Notes under the pieces: model-generated | The model's input: the letters and a program-made list of their open reading frames with translations, nothing else | Database searches by the model: none | What the model was told of the DNA's origin: nothing | Translations under genes and position numbers: made by a program | Assembly (NCBI GenBank): GCA_016906335.1 | Contig: JADEYG010000015.1 | Span: 124,001 to 188,000 of the forward strand | Origin: Novakomyces olei | Taxonomy: Eukaryota | Reading direction: 5' to 3' | DNA length: 64,000 bases | In this document: piece by piece, positions 1 to 11,145 of the stretch | Numbering within the stretch: the first letter of the stretch is position 1 | Layout of the letters: each line of letters begins with the position of its first letter

Positions 1-70
1 ACCAATTTGTTGGTATTTTAATTAATTTATTCTCAATTATTTCTTTAATTGTTTATTTAATTAATTAATT

Positions 71-119
<49 letters not shown>

Positions 120-122
120 TTT
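1..122. repeat. AT-rich (TTTA/TTAA)n microsatellite, downstream of MPH1
   Basis: Runs of ttta/ttaa units, best seen at about 75-121. Confidence 0.85.
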
Positions 123-185
123 CTTGCCATTATATGTACAAGCGGCTAGTGCCTCCGGCCACAATTCACTTATTATTAAAGCACA

Positions 186-3134
186 TCACAGCAACGCATT
201 CGACGACAAATCGGGCAGATCATCGCTATAATCAGTCGTATCACTGCCTTCACTTTTCTGGCTGCTTTCCTCGCAAGGCAGATCGTCTTCGTCAGATACG
301 ATCCGCCTTCTTCGACTCTGGTCGAGAGAACGAAATTTGCGTTTTTTTTGCCCATTAACTTTAACTCCTTCCGTATCAGAATTAACAGCCGAGTGTTGAG
401 GTAAGTTCAACGGCCGATCGGCCAGAACTTTAGGCGACACAAAGCTCCATTCGTCTTTTGGTTGGTCCTTTGTGGGAAAATCAAGGTCGAGTCTTAAATA
501 TCGTTGAGGGTCCCATCTATCGATTGCTTTTGCAAGAGCGTGGATGGCCCTTGTCCGCCGTGAACAGGGAACAATAGTATGAGAGTTGCAAGGCAAATGA
601 GATAAGCGTGATACTGAGGGCCCAAGTAGTCCAGCGTCAGGGCAGCCAAATCTCCGTAGCAATTGGGAGAATTGTTCGTCTGAAAGCAAACCAGAGTCTG
701 TATTTTCAAAGCAGAGCGAATGTAAAAGCCGCAACTCTGTATTACCGTTAAAACCACCTCGGCTCGAATAAGAGGAATTGTTTTCCGTATCAGAATCGTC
801 GTCAGAATCAATGTTAATTTTGGTTTTATTCGTCACTTTATTCTTTACTTTATTTTTATTTTTATTTCCCGCCTTTGGATGGCTCTGCACAAACAGAGTC
901 AGGGCATTGTCCGGAGTGGACGGTTTCTCGATTGCGCGCATATCACACTCTGGCCGGATTCCATACGGAATAATCCGCTTTGACTCTGTCCGCGCCAATT
1001 CGATATTCTCCTCCGTCTCCAAATCCAACTGCAGAGCCTTGTAAGCGTCCAGAGCCTTTCGCAGTTTGAAACTTTCTTTGCCGGCCACACACAAGTTGAA
1101 TATTTTACCGGCTCTTTTCCTCCCTGTTCTGCCAACTCGCTGACGGTTTCGAATCAAAGACGAGCTTTGATCATAGGAAATTACAACGTCTACTTCCCCA
1201 ATATCCAATCCTTCTTCTCCGATACTCGTGGCCACCAGTATGTTTATGTCGCCGGCCTTAAACTGGTTTATTACCGCCTCCTGCTCCTGCCTTTTCATCC
1301 CGGGGATTCCATGGGCAGCAGTGGCACTCTGGCCTACAAACAGCCGAGGCTTGAACCTTTTGTCGCCCTGCTGCTGGATACACTCGACTATCTGCAACGC
1401 ACTCTGCCGAATACTGGAAAAGATCATTACCCTCGTGTCAGCGTTATCGCCGTTATCGCCGTCGGTATCGCCGTTATCACCGACGGAGCACTCATCAAAA
1501 TGGTCACGCAAGATTTGCAGAGTAATCTCCAGCTTTGGGTGCCCTACAAACTTTGGGTCACGTGTCCAGAGTTGTAGTCTACTGTGCATTGTTCGCCAGG
1601 CCGAGGACTGTACAATGTCATTGAGCAATTTGCCTCCTCCGCCAGACTGCCTTTTCGACTGCACATCAGCATCTATTTTGCTAATGCAGTCGTGAAACGT
1701 CCTCAGTCCATGGATTTGCAGGTAATCCATAGGCCCGGCCATGAGCGACAGAATGTGATAGTAAGGGTAGACCCAGGAAGTATTATTGTTGTTGCTATTA
1801 GAATTATTTGAACTATAACGATGGGCAGCAAAATGCTGTTTCGCCGTGCGCAATCCAAACAGCGTTAGCTTACTAGGCTCGTCAATTGTCGCCAGAGCCC
1901 CGGCGGCTTTCAGTTTCCTAAACACAGGAGCAATTGCTTGGGAAAACAGGTCAAGTGTCTCCATAATATCAAGTCCAGGCTGAACTTCAAACGTATCCTC
2001 CATCGCCGGCTGAACGTACTTGCGGATATCGGGAGATTCTCTCCGCCGAAAATGCACTCTCGCGATTTTTAAATTGCCTAGAACCTGATTAACCGCCTCA
2101 CGAGTGACTCCCGGTGTAGCGGTGAGTGCGAGCACACGGACATGCTTGTTTCGTTTCCAGATAGTTGCTAGAGCTTGCACATAGGCATAGTTTCCAGTAG
2201 CCCTGTGGGCTTCATCAAACACGGCACAGACAACGTTTTTCCCGTCCAAAAGACCATTCCCCAAGGCAGCAACAACGACCTGCGGAGTAGCAAAAACAAC
2301 CCGGCTCCGGGCCAACAAGTCTCGACGCTTCGCCAGTTGAACTGATCCGTCAATGTAGGCAGTTTCATGGTCATTGAGACCGTATATTGCTCTACAGGCT
2401 TCCTGCTGCTGCATCAAGAGGGGTTTTGTTGGGGCCATAAACAGGATTTTTGCACGTGGGCACCACCGATGCCAGTTTAGCATTACGACAGCAGCGATAA
2501 AGGTTTTGCCAAGGCCTGTGGGCAGAGCGACTAGGCAGTTTTTCATCAGCGCGGAACGGCAGATTTTGAGCTGGTAAGCTCTCACCTCCAAGTTTGTAGG
2601 GTAAATCCATGTTGCACAGGCTTCAACGTCGAGCGTATGGTGTGTCGGTGGCTCATTAGCGTCTCCCTCGTCCTCGGACAGCTCATCTTTATCTTTTGCT
2701 TCTGCTTCTGCTTCTTCTGCTTCTTCTGCTTCTTCTGCTTCTTCTGCTTCTGCGTATTGTTCATGATGGACGGTGGCACTCAGAGCTCCAGATGGAGAAA
2801 AGTAGAGGGTCGATTGTGTAAGGCTCGGCTGAGAATTAGATATGGCCCGTTTCGTATTTGCTGCAGGTTTACGGGCGGGTAAGGTGGCAGGCAGTTTGGG
2901 ATATGGCAATTGTACATTTGACAGCAATTGTTCATTTGACAGCGAGTCTGAGCGTAAACTTGGCCGAGTCGAGTTTGGGGACGAAAAACTGGCGCTGGCG
3001 CTTAAATCGTGCTGCCGCTGGACACACGAGGCATTGCCCTTTTGCGTCTCTGTCGCGTCTAAAGCCGCCGCTGCCGCCGCGTCATCCCATCCACCGTCGT
3101 CGAAATCGGAAGAAGACCCATTTTCTGTCGTCAT
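186..3134 (-). CDS. MPH1: FANCM/Mph1/Fml1-family DEAH DNA helicase (intronless, 982 aa)
   Basis: TWIYPTN, Walker A LPTGLGKT, DEAHRATGNYAY, LALTATPG, HPKL, VATSIGEEGLDIGEVD and QRVGRTGRKR are all Mph1/FANCM motifs. Confidence 0.95.
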   Translation of the reverse strand: MTTENGSSSDFDDGGWDDAAAAAALDATETQKGNASCVQRQHDLSASASFSSPNSTRPSLRSDSLSNEQLLSNVQLPYPKLPATLPARKPAANTKRAISNSQPSLTQSTLYFSPSGALSATVHHEQYAEAEEAEEAEEAEEAEAEAKDKDELSEDEGDANEPPTHHTLDVEACATWIYPTNLEVRAYQLKICRSALMKNCLVALPTGLGKTFIAAVVMLNWHRWCPRAKILFMAPTKPLLMQQQEACRAIYGLNDHETAYIDGSVQLAKRRDLLARSRVVFATPQVVVAALGNGLLDGKNVVCAVFDEAHRATGNYAYVQALATIWKRNKHVRVLALTATPGVTREAVNQVLGNLKIARVHFRRRESPDIRKYVQPAMEDTFEVQPGLDIMETLDLFSQAIAPVFRKLKAAGALATIDEPSKLTLFGLRTAKQHFAAHRYSSNNSNSNNNNTSWVYPYYHILSLMAGPMDYLQIHGLRTFHDCISKIDADVQSKRQSGGGGKLLNDIVQSSAWRTMHSRLQLWTRDPKFVGHPKLEITLQILRDHFDECSVGDNGDTDGDNGDNADTRVMIFSSIRQSALQIVECIQQQGDKRFKPRLFVGQSATAAHGIPGMKRQEQEAVINQFKAGDINILVATSIGEEGLDIGEVDVVISYDQSSSLIRNRQRVGRTGRKRAGKIFNLCVAGKESFKLRKALDAYKALQLDLETEENIELARTESKRIIPYGIRPECDMRAIEKPSTPDNALTLFVQSHPKAGNKNKNKVKNKVTNKTKINIDSDDDSDTENNSSYSSRGGFNGNTELRLLHSLCFENTDSGLLSDEQFSQLLRRFGCPDAGLLGPSVSRLSHLPCNSHTIVPCSRRTRAIHALAKAIDRWDPQRYLRLDLDFPTKDQPKDEWSFVSPKVLADRPLNLPQHSAVNSDTEGVKVNGQKKRKFRSLDQSRRRRIVSDEDDLPCEESSQKSEGSDTTDYSDDLPDLSSNALL

Positions 3135-3194
3135 TCCGTCGCGTTAATAGTCTTTTCATTGGCCGAGCGCCGTTACATGGCCGCGTGATCAATG

Positions 3195-3200
3195 ACGCGT
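3195..3200. promoter_or_regulatory. MCB-like element (ACGCGT) upstream of MPH1
   Basis: ACGCGT about 60 bp upstream of the MPH1 ATG, with further CGCG cores near 3140, 3182 and 3274; MCB boxes are typical of fungal DNA repair and replication genes. Confidence 0.45.
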
Positions 3201-3339
3201 CTGTCTGTTTTACACTTTGCGAGGCATTGGTCCTCGTTTATTATTATTAATTATTTATATATGGATTATTTACGCGCTGTATTTGTCTTGTCGCTGCCAA
3301 CGATACTTGCAAACAGGCTTTTCACCCGTATACTATTGT

Positions 3340-3484
3340 AGCAAAATACTGTTGTCAATATTAATATTGTCAAAATGATCTCGTCAAATTAATATTTTAA
3401 AATAATATAAAATAATATTGTCAAAATATTTATATTGTCAAAATTAAATTATCGTCAAATTAATATTGTAAAATAATATTGTAC
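3340..3484. repeat. Degenerate ~14-bp minisatellite (taatattgtcaaaa) in the divergent MPH1/ATP4 promoter
   Basis: Repeated aatattgtcaaaat / atcgtcaaatt variants. Confidence 0.65.
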
Positions 3485-3654
3485 TATTTTTCTAGTTCCT
3501 TTATTGACGTCTTCAGCAGTAAAAGAAAACCCTGATTGTAGGTTAAGAAAACCCTAGTACGGCTTTTTCAGGCCGGAAGCACAAAAACCCGGTTGGATCA
3601 AACAGACTCTTTCCCTATCTTTGCTCCATTGTCCTTTGGTTCTGTCGAGGCTCA

Positions 3655-4461
3655 ATGGCTCTTTCACTCGCCTCGCGTCGTGTGCTTTTATCCGCTCCTG
3701 CGCTTTTGCGCGGTCGCGGAGCGGCCGTGGTCGGTCTGCGTATGAACTCTTCTACGCCTACACCGCCAACAACACGCGCTCAGCAGTTTTTAGACGCTCT
3801 CCCAGGCAACACGGCTCTGTCCAAAACGTCTATTCTGACATTGGGCACTGCTGCCTCAGCTTACGCTATCTCCAAGGAGCTCTATGTCATCAACGACGAT
3901 AGTATTATGCTGTTGGCTTTTGTCGGTATTTGCACTCTGCTCGTGAACCAAGGTGGTTCTATCTACAAGGAATGGGCAGAGGGCCATATCAACCGGATGA
4001 GAAACGTTTTGAACAGCGCTCGCTCCGAACACACTCAGGCAGTCAAGGACCGTATTGCGTCTGTCGAGCAAATGAAGAACGTTGTGGACGTTACAAAGAC
4101 TCTGTTTGCAATTTCAAAGGTGAGCTTATTTTCAGATCAAACCAGATTAAAGCGTTTCGCTTCCTGGTTTTGTCAAACTTCGTATTGTTTCAATTGCAGA
4201 TTTGCTAATGGTTAGGAAACTGCTCAAATGGAGGCCAAGGCTTTTGAGCTGCAGCAAACTGTCGCTCTCGAGCAGGAGGCACGTACTGTCCTGGACTCGT
4301 GGGTGCGATATGAGACGAACAAGCGTCAAGCTGAACAAGCTGAACTGGCTAGCACTGTTGTATCGTCCGTCGAGCAGCAGCTTCGCACTGACAAGAAGCT
4401 TCAACAGCGGATTCTGGAGGCGGCCGTCGCGGACGTTGAAAAAATTGTTGCCAAGGCATAA
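3655..4461 (+). CDS. ATP4: Mitochondrial ATP synthase subunit b; intron 4120-4215
   Basis: Presequence, then LPGN..SKT..AISKELYV, VTKTLFAISK|ETAQMEAKAFEL and VLDSWVRYE; intron GTGAGC...GCTAATGGTTAG restores the frame. Confidence 0.95.
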
Positions 4462-4803
4462 TTGTAGAATGCAACGAGTACCACCTCGCATACTATGGAC
4501 ACATGTTTGATGGGGCATTGCCATAGGATGGGCGTAGTCTTTGAATCATGTAGTAAAACGTCTATTCTCTAATATAAGCAAACGTAGAATAGCTATATCT
4601 ATCACGGAATCCATACTTGCCCTTGGCAAACCTGAGGGAATTGTGCCCTATTTTCTTAAATTCCAAACTGTATTCTGCTCATTGCATTTGTCAGAGGCTC
4701 CAAGTACCTAACTTGTTTCTTGGAATGCTGATCGTGCTTGGATGTTTTCTTTAAGCAGCCTGCGCGGGGTATATTGCCATTTATCCTATACAATTGTTTA
4801 TGT

Positions 4804-4847
4804 TTCTTTTTCTTTGTCTTTTTATTTTTCTTTTTTATTTTTTTTTT

Positions 4848-4884
<37 letters not shown>

Positions 4885-4912
4885 TTTTTTTTTTTTTATT
4901 TTTTTTTTTTTT
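4804..4912. repeat. Long poly(T) tract between ATP4 and KAE1
   Basis: About 100 nt of almost pure T. Confidence 0.9.
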
Positions 4913-5117
4913 GAATCACCTGTTTCAGTGGTCGGTTAACATATGATAATGGAGAAACAGCAAGTTATTCTTAATAGTGCCATATTATTCTATAGTTGTC
5001 AAACGTTTTAATTAGTGTTATCGTGTAGTACTAAGCTCAACTATAATTACAAAAAACATTATAATTAAAAAATAAATAAAATAATCAATCGGTATAGTCA
5101 CCGACAATTCAACTCAT

Positions 5118-6401
5118 ATGGGAGTCAGAGGCAAACTTGCGCTCGGCTTAGAGGGCTCTGCCAACAAGTTGGGTGTCGGTATTATTCTGCACGAGCCTGG
5201 GCGCCCTGCAATAGTCAAGTCTAATCTGCGGCACACGTATGTCACGGCTCCGGGACAAGGGTTTTTACCGCGCGATACTGCGCGACACCACAAGCTGCAT
5301 ATTTGTCGGCTGATACGCGAAGCAATGGCTGAAGCTGGTGTATCAGGGCGCGATCTTGATTGTATATGCTTTACAAAAGGTACCTCTTTTTTCCCTTGTT
5401 TAAATCAGTTCACTAACACTGAAAGGCCCTGGCATTGGTGCTCCATTGCAATCTGTCGCACTGGTTGCCCGTACAATTGCGCAGCTTTGGGATAAGCCTC
5501 TTGTTGGTGTAAATCATTGTGTGGGACGTAAGTTGGATGCAATAAAACGGAGACTATATTTTTAGTCACAGACTCGGTTCCTTTTATTTTCGCAGCCTTT
5601 TGATTCTTATTTCTGCTCGAATCTGTTTTTTTATTTTCTATTTATAATATTTTAATTTTTTATTCTAATTTCATTCGTGTTTTAATTTAATCTAACTTTG
5701 CAGACATCGAAATGGGCCGTGAAATTACAGGCGCGCAAAATCCAGTTGTACTATACGTTTCTGGGGGCAATACACAAGTAATCGCTTACTCTGAGCGAAG
5801 GTACCGTATCTTTGGCGAAACCCTGGATATTGCAATCGGCAATTGCCTGGACCGGTTTGCTCGTGCCCTCCGTATTTCAAACGATCCGAGTCCCGGGTAT
5901 AATATTGAACTTTTGGCTCGGAAAGGCAATAATTTTATTGAACTGCCTTACACTGTTAAAGGCATGGATTGCTCATTTTCCGGGATTCTTACACAAGTTG
6001 AAGGGATAGTGCGTGAACTCGAGCTTCGCAATGGCAAAACCAGATACGCCCCCGACAAACAAATAAGTCCAGCAGACCTATGCTTTTCCCTACAGGAGAC
6101 ACTGTTTGCAATGCTTGTAGAAATCACGGAAAGAGCGATGGCTCATGTTGGTAGTAGTCAGGTCCTAATTGTAGGCGGTGTAGGATGCAATGAAAGGCTT
6201 CAAGAAATGATGGCGCTTATGGCTAGAGCTCGTGGGGGAGACGTTTATGCTACAGATGAGCGGTTTTGTATTGATAATGGCATTATGATTGCTCAAGCAG
6301 GGCTGTTAGCTTTTGAGACTGGAAGTGTTACGCCTATGGAGGACACAGAGTGCAGTCAGCGGTTCCGTACAGATGATGTGTATGTTTCATGGCGAAACTA
6401 A
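5118..6401 (+). CDS. KAE1: KEOPS t6A tRNA threonylcarbamoyltransferase; introns 5380-5425, 5528-5703
   Basis: [72 protein letters not shown]. Confidence 0.96.
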
Positions 6402-6658
6402 TCAGAGGAAATGGAAAGAATAAAAATAAAAGAATAAAAATAAAAATAAGAATAATGGCAGAATGATGAAACAACCCTCTTTTATTTTTACTCGTACATG
6501 TTAGAATTTAGATAGAATTTAGGCGTTTGCATTCATTTATCTCTTCATACCCCAACTCTATCAACTCATTACCTTTTCCAAACCCTTCATCAATGCTTGT
6601 ATGAATTAGGGTTATTGAACTTTTTCCATATAATAAACCTGTCGTCCACGGCTACCAG

Positions 6659-8541
6659 TCACGACAAAACCTTTTTGACATGATCCATATCCGTAATTTT
6701 CTCCCTTGGCTTGCCCAAACTTCGTCCAGCGTCATCTTCGTACTTTTCCAGCCGTTTCCAGTCCGTCCAGTATACAGGATCAAGGCCTGGACATTCTTCT
6801 TTTACTGCCTCCCAGCCTGCCTTTTCACTAGATCCCTTCAGCATAGATTTGCTCTCAATCCAGTCTTGCGTAATAACTTGCGCAGCTTCAAAGGCATCGT
6901 ACATTGTGTTTGCAATAACGCCAGCAGCGTTTCTGTTCTTCACCCACCCGGTAGCATAAACGCCCGGGACGGGCCTTTGGCCATCACGCCCCACGACCCG
7001 TGACTCTTTTGTCCAGATATGCATTCGCGGATCAAACGGGATACCGGCCTCCTCCAATCCCAGCAGCGGTTCCGATTCGTACCCGATACTGCGGAAGCAC
7101 AAGTCTGCTGGGACTTTTACGGTTTCGCCAGTGCCCACACTTTGCTCTTGCACAAGCCGATTTCGTTCAAAAACGATGTGTCCCAGTCGGGAACTTTCTG
7201 CGTCCTTGTCGGTACTGCTGGGATCAGTATTGTCTTGCCATCTATTCGTCCTGGCAACAAACTCTTTCGGAGACAGCAAAAACTTTAGATCCCACTGCTT
7301 TTCCGTCTGCGCCATTGGTTGAGGAGTAGCACTTTGTAAAAGTTTCATCATCCGCTTTTTTGCCCTTTCCAATTGCGATAAATCAGTGCCTGCCAGCAGA
7401 CTTGGGCTCTCGCTATTTATAAAAGTTGCACTTTTCAGTGTTAACAATTCACGCAGCTCTTTTATAGTAAAAGCTGCCTGTAAAGGTCCTCTGCGACCTA
7501 TGATTTGCACTCGACGCACACGACTTTTGCTCAGTTGCTCCAGGCAGCTTTCGGGTATATCTGTCTTCCTCAGGACATCAATGCCTGTAAGCAGGACCCG
7601 GGCTACATCGAGAGCCACATTGCCCTGCCCTACGATAACCGCCGTCTCGCTCTCGTCCAGCTTGAAATCTAAACAAGAGTGCGCAAAGGATCCATTGTAC
7701 CAACCCACAAAATCACGTGCCGAATGGACGCCGGGCAGGGATTCACCGGGAATTCCGAGTTTGCGATCCCTGGAGGCTCCGTACGCTAATACAAGAGCAT
7801 CATAATGCGGCATTAATGTTTTGAGAGGCAATTGCCGGCCGACTTGCACGTTGCCAACAAATATGAATCGCGGTGAAGACGCGACTTCGTCAAATTTATG
7901 TTGTACATTCTAACGGTTAAAGTTGAACTTGAGAAACGATAAAATCGCAGTACTAAAATCGTAAAATAAACCAATAGACTTGAAAGAGACGAATGGCCAA
8001 AATCTCATGGAAAATTGCTGCGATCATAATGAACACATACATCAAATATGATCCAAAACAATAGTATATTTAAGGTAAAGAAATACGGGAAAGACGAAGC
8101 AAGGTGCCAAACTTGTGAACTGGAACTAAGCGAATCTTTCACGGTATAATGCGCTCTTAAACCACCTGAAAATCATAAAACAAACTTTGCTGAAAAATCC
8201 GCCGAGCAAGACTAGAGCAAAGCAGGAAATATGTTCCTTATCAGACATGACTTTTAAAGAAGCCTTTTCCATCCTCGTAATAAACGAACTAAATCAGCAG
8301 TAAAAAACTGTAAGCCAGACGAATCAGCCTTTACCTTTACTTCAGGATGATCAGGTGCTACGCCAAAGCGCACGAGTCCAAAAGGCACCGGATCGCGTTC
8401 ATACATATCGACTTTAGCGTAAGGTAAAGTTTCCATCACTTTAAAGGCCGTATAAAATGCTGCCGGACCCGATCCAATTATAGCCAAACGGAATGGATCT
8501 TGCACTGCGGCACGGAAACTAAAGTGCCTTGCGCCCAACAT
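6659..8541 (-). CDS. ARH1: Mitochondrial NADPH:adrenodoxin oxidoreductase; intron 8334-7910
   Basis: IIGSGPAAFY, PFGLVRFGVAPDHPEVK|NVQHKF, VGQGNVALDVAR, GRRGPLQAAFTIKELRE, PREKI. Confidence 0.93.
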
Positions 8542-8824
8542 TGTGTGCTGAATTATTGCCCGGTTTCCCGTACTCTCATGCCACCAAGACTGTTTAGATA
8601 TGACTCTAAATTATTTCATTATTTCATATCGCGTGCAATCTCTCTATACGGCCCTAAATATTACTGTCATAAACACTTTCATGTGATTCTTATAATAAAG
8701 CGTGCAGAAGTGCTAAGAAATAATAGTAATAATTATTGTCATTATAATAATTACACTAGAATTATGCTCTATAATTATACTAATTTATAATTATAGGACT
8801 GATGCTGCGTCATTGTTGATTCGA

Positions 8825-10770
8825 ATGACTCTAGATGACACCGCAATCGACAATGCAATACATTCAGACTTTAATGAATTGGCAAAAGAGTATCCATCAC
8901 TTGCTGTAATGTACGAATTTTGTATATTCTTTTTTCCTTAAACTCAGTTCTTTCTCCTATCGAAGTTTTCCCATCTTTGCAAACAATACTGACATAAACA
9001 GAAAACGAGATTTCAAAGACCAAAGGTTCCAATGGTAAATGGTCATGAATGCCTCTTCTAATCTGCGACTGAAGGACTTTATTGCAGTGTCTGCTAGACA
9101 AATATTTCAAGATTCGCATTGACATTACGCCACAAAACCTTTGTCCTGCTGTATACGCTCTTACAATTTATCGGCTGCAACTAACTCCGCACTTTAGCTA
9201 CCAAACCGGTACTCGTTTTTCAACTTGTTGGGTCCTCTTTGCTGATCACAACTACCATTCAAATAGCATTGAATATGTCCGGTTTATTCGTAATTTGCTG
9301 AGCTCTAATCAGGGCAATGATCATTCTGGAAATAGAGTTATTGTCGATGTGTAAGCGCTCTTCATGTTTGCTTTGAATTATTTATGAGCCGTTTTTATTT
9401 ATTCGCCTTGCTTAAACCTCTTTGGATCGCCTTCTCTTATCGATGTTTGATCGACTAGGTCTAGGATTAAGTCTATCGCTATTGTAATTCTCTTTTGCTA
9501 ACGTCACAAGTGGGACGGGGCCAATTGCGGTGTACCCGCTTATAGGATCTCGTATTTTCCCAAAACAATTCCGGTTTGTTGGCACGGAAATCGATCCAGA
9601 GTCGCGTGCAAAGGCTCAACGTTGTATACTGCGAAACTGCCTGGAATCGACTGTGTCGATTATTCCTGCGACAGATACCGTCTTGCCAAAAGATATGATA
9701 AAAAGGTAAACTTGAAACCATAATAGAAAAATGAATATAAACAAGCCCAAACCCAAAAACAATGAATAAACAAAAAGAAAAAAATAAAAAAATAAAAAAA
9801 TAAACATGAACTCATATGACTCGTTTATACTTTTTCACAGACAATCAGCGGAGAAGAAGCTAATTATGTAGAAGCGACTGTGCTTCTGTACTCTGTAATC
9901 CCCCTTTCTATTCATCGAGAGAGGAACGTGAAGCCTTAAAACGAGCAAAGTCTATTGAATCATTCTCCGTAAGTCTATAGAAAATCAATATAATCTAATT
10001 GAAAGGAGGCAGATGGCACAGACTCTGAGCTCTTCACCGCTGGCGGGGAAGAAACTTTTGTAATGAAAATGATCAAAGAAAGTATTGAGCTTGGTCGGGA
10101 CGAAGTATGGTACACGAGCTTATTAGGGCGTCTTTCATCATTAAACAAGATCATTGAAGAACTTGTGGCTGCAAAAGTATGGCTCTTACAATTTGATTTT
10201 CTCTGTTATTTATTTATGGTTTTCTAAAATCATGCAAATGCCGATTACTGGAAAGATATGTTTTGTACTATTAAAAACTTTATATATTGTTGCTATATTT
10301 TGGCAGAGCAGGCTTATAAGCAGGTGGAAAATAGACTCGTGGCGGAAATTCGGCATGGTCGGACAAGGCGATGGATTATTGCATGGAATTTGGGCTCATG
10401 GCGCCCTCCCATTAAATGCTTCACAGAATTGAGCAGTTCTGTCGCACAGCTCAATTTGCCTCGGAAACCAGTCTTGAGCACCAAACGGTCTATACCACCA
10501 GACATCGTGAAAGAGCAGCTCGAGAAATTAAATCTGCCTTTTTCACAAAATAAAAGCCAAAATGGCCTCATTGTAACAATTCACGCCAATACCTGGTCTC
10601 GCATGTCGCGAAGAAAACTCCAAAGGGGGGAGCCTTTGGCCGAGGAAGATTCTGTATTCGCAATCGAGTTCAATGAGACTGTTCGCGTTGTTATTATTCG
10701 AGGATTAAATTACATTCTGCTGGAAAGTTTCGTTGGAATGTTGGATAGTTTGACTGACGAGGCATCTTGA
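8825..10770 (+). CDS. MTL16: METTL16/Mtl16 (RlmF-like) U6 snRNA m6A methyltransferase; 8 introns: 8911-9001, 9035-9074, 9151-9197, 9209-9266, 9351-9510, 9706-9871, 9969-10005, 10177-10323
   Basis: Spliced product has DFNELAKEYP, LCPA|LPNR|IEYVRFIRNLL, DV|GTGPIAVYPLIG, GTEID, catalytic CNPPFY, GGEETFV, WYTSLLG and GRTRRWIIAW. Confidence 0.88.
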
Positions 10771-11145
10771 TGAAGATTATTAATATTAGGATTGGGTCTG
10801 TTCACTTGAATCAGCTTAAAATCTACCTGTCGAGCGTTTAATATTATGAATGTCAAGATCAGGATTAGTAGAGACTCCTTATAAGTCTGTATTGTTAAAC
10901 CCTAACCCTAAATTATTGAAACTAAGCAATTATTCACCTCTGCTTTTCGACTACAAGGCTGGATCGTGTTAAATATTAAGTTTGATTGTATATTACTCTA
11001 AGCATCAATTTAACGAGCCGTTGCAATCTTGGCTAATCTCAGAATTAAATCTCCGATTATAAACAAAAGCACATTCGCGACATATACACCAAAATTTACC
11101 ATACAAACAAACGAATATGCCGGAAAAAAATCGAAATCTCAATCC

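Noticed and set aside
4742-4939. Poly-Phe ORF
   Set aside because: Artefact of the poly(T) tract.
8289-8334. Alternative 46-nt intron / poison exon inside the long ARH1 intron
   Set aside because: GCTGAT-TTAG puts the AG only 5 nt from the branch A, below the 6-nt minimum seen in the other introns; there is no other support.
9151-9255. Apparent non-canonical GT-AC intron in METTL16
   Set aside because: Fully explained by two canonical GT-AG introns flanking an 11-nt microexon that restores the PNR motif.
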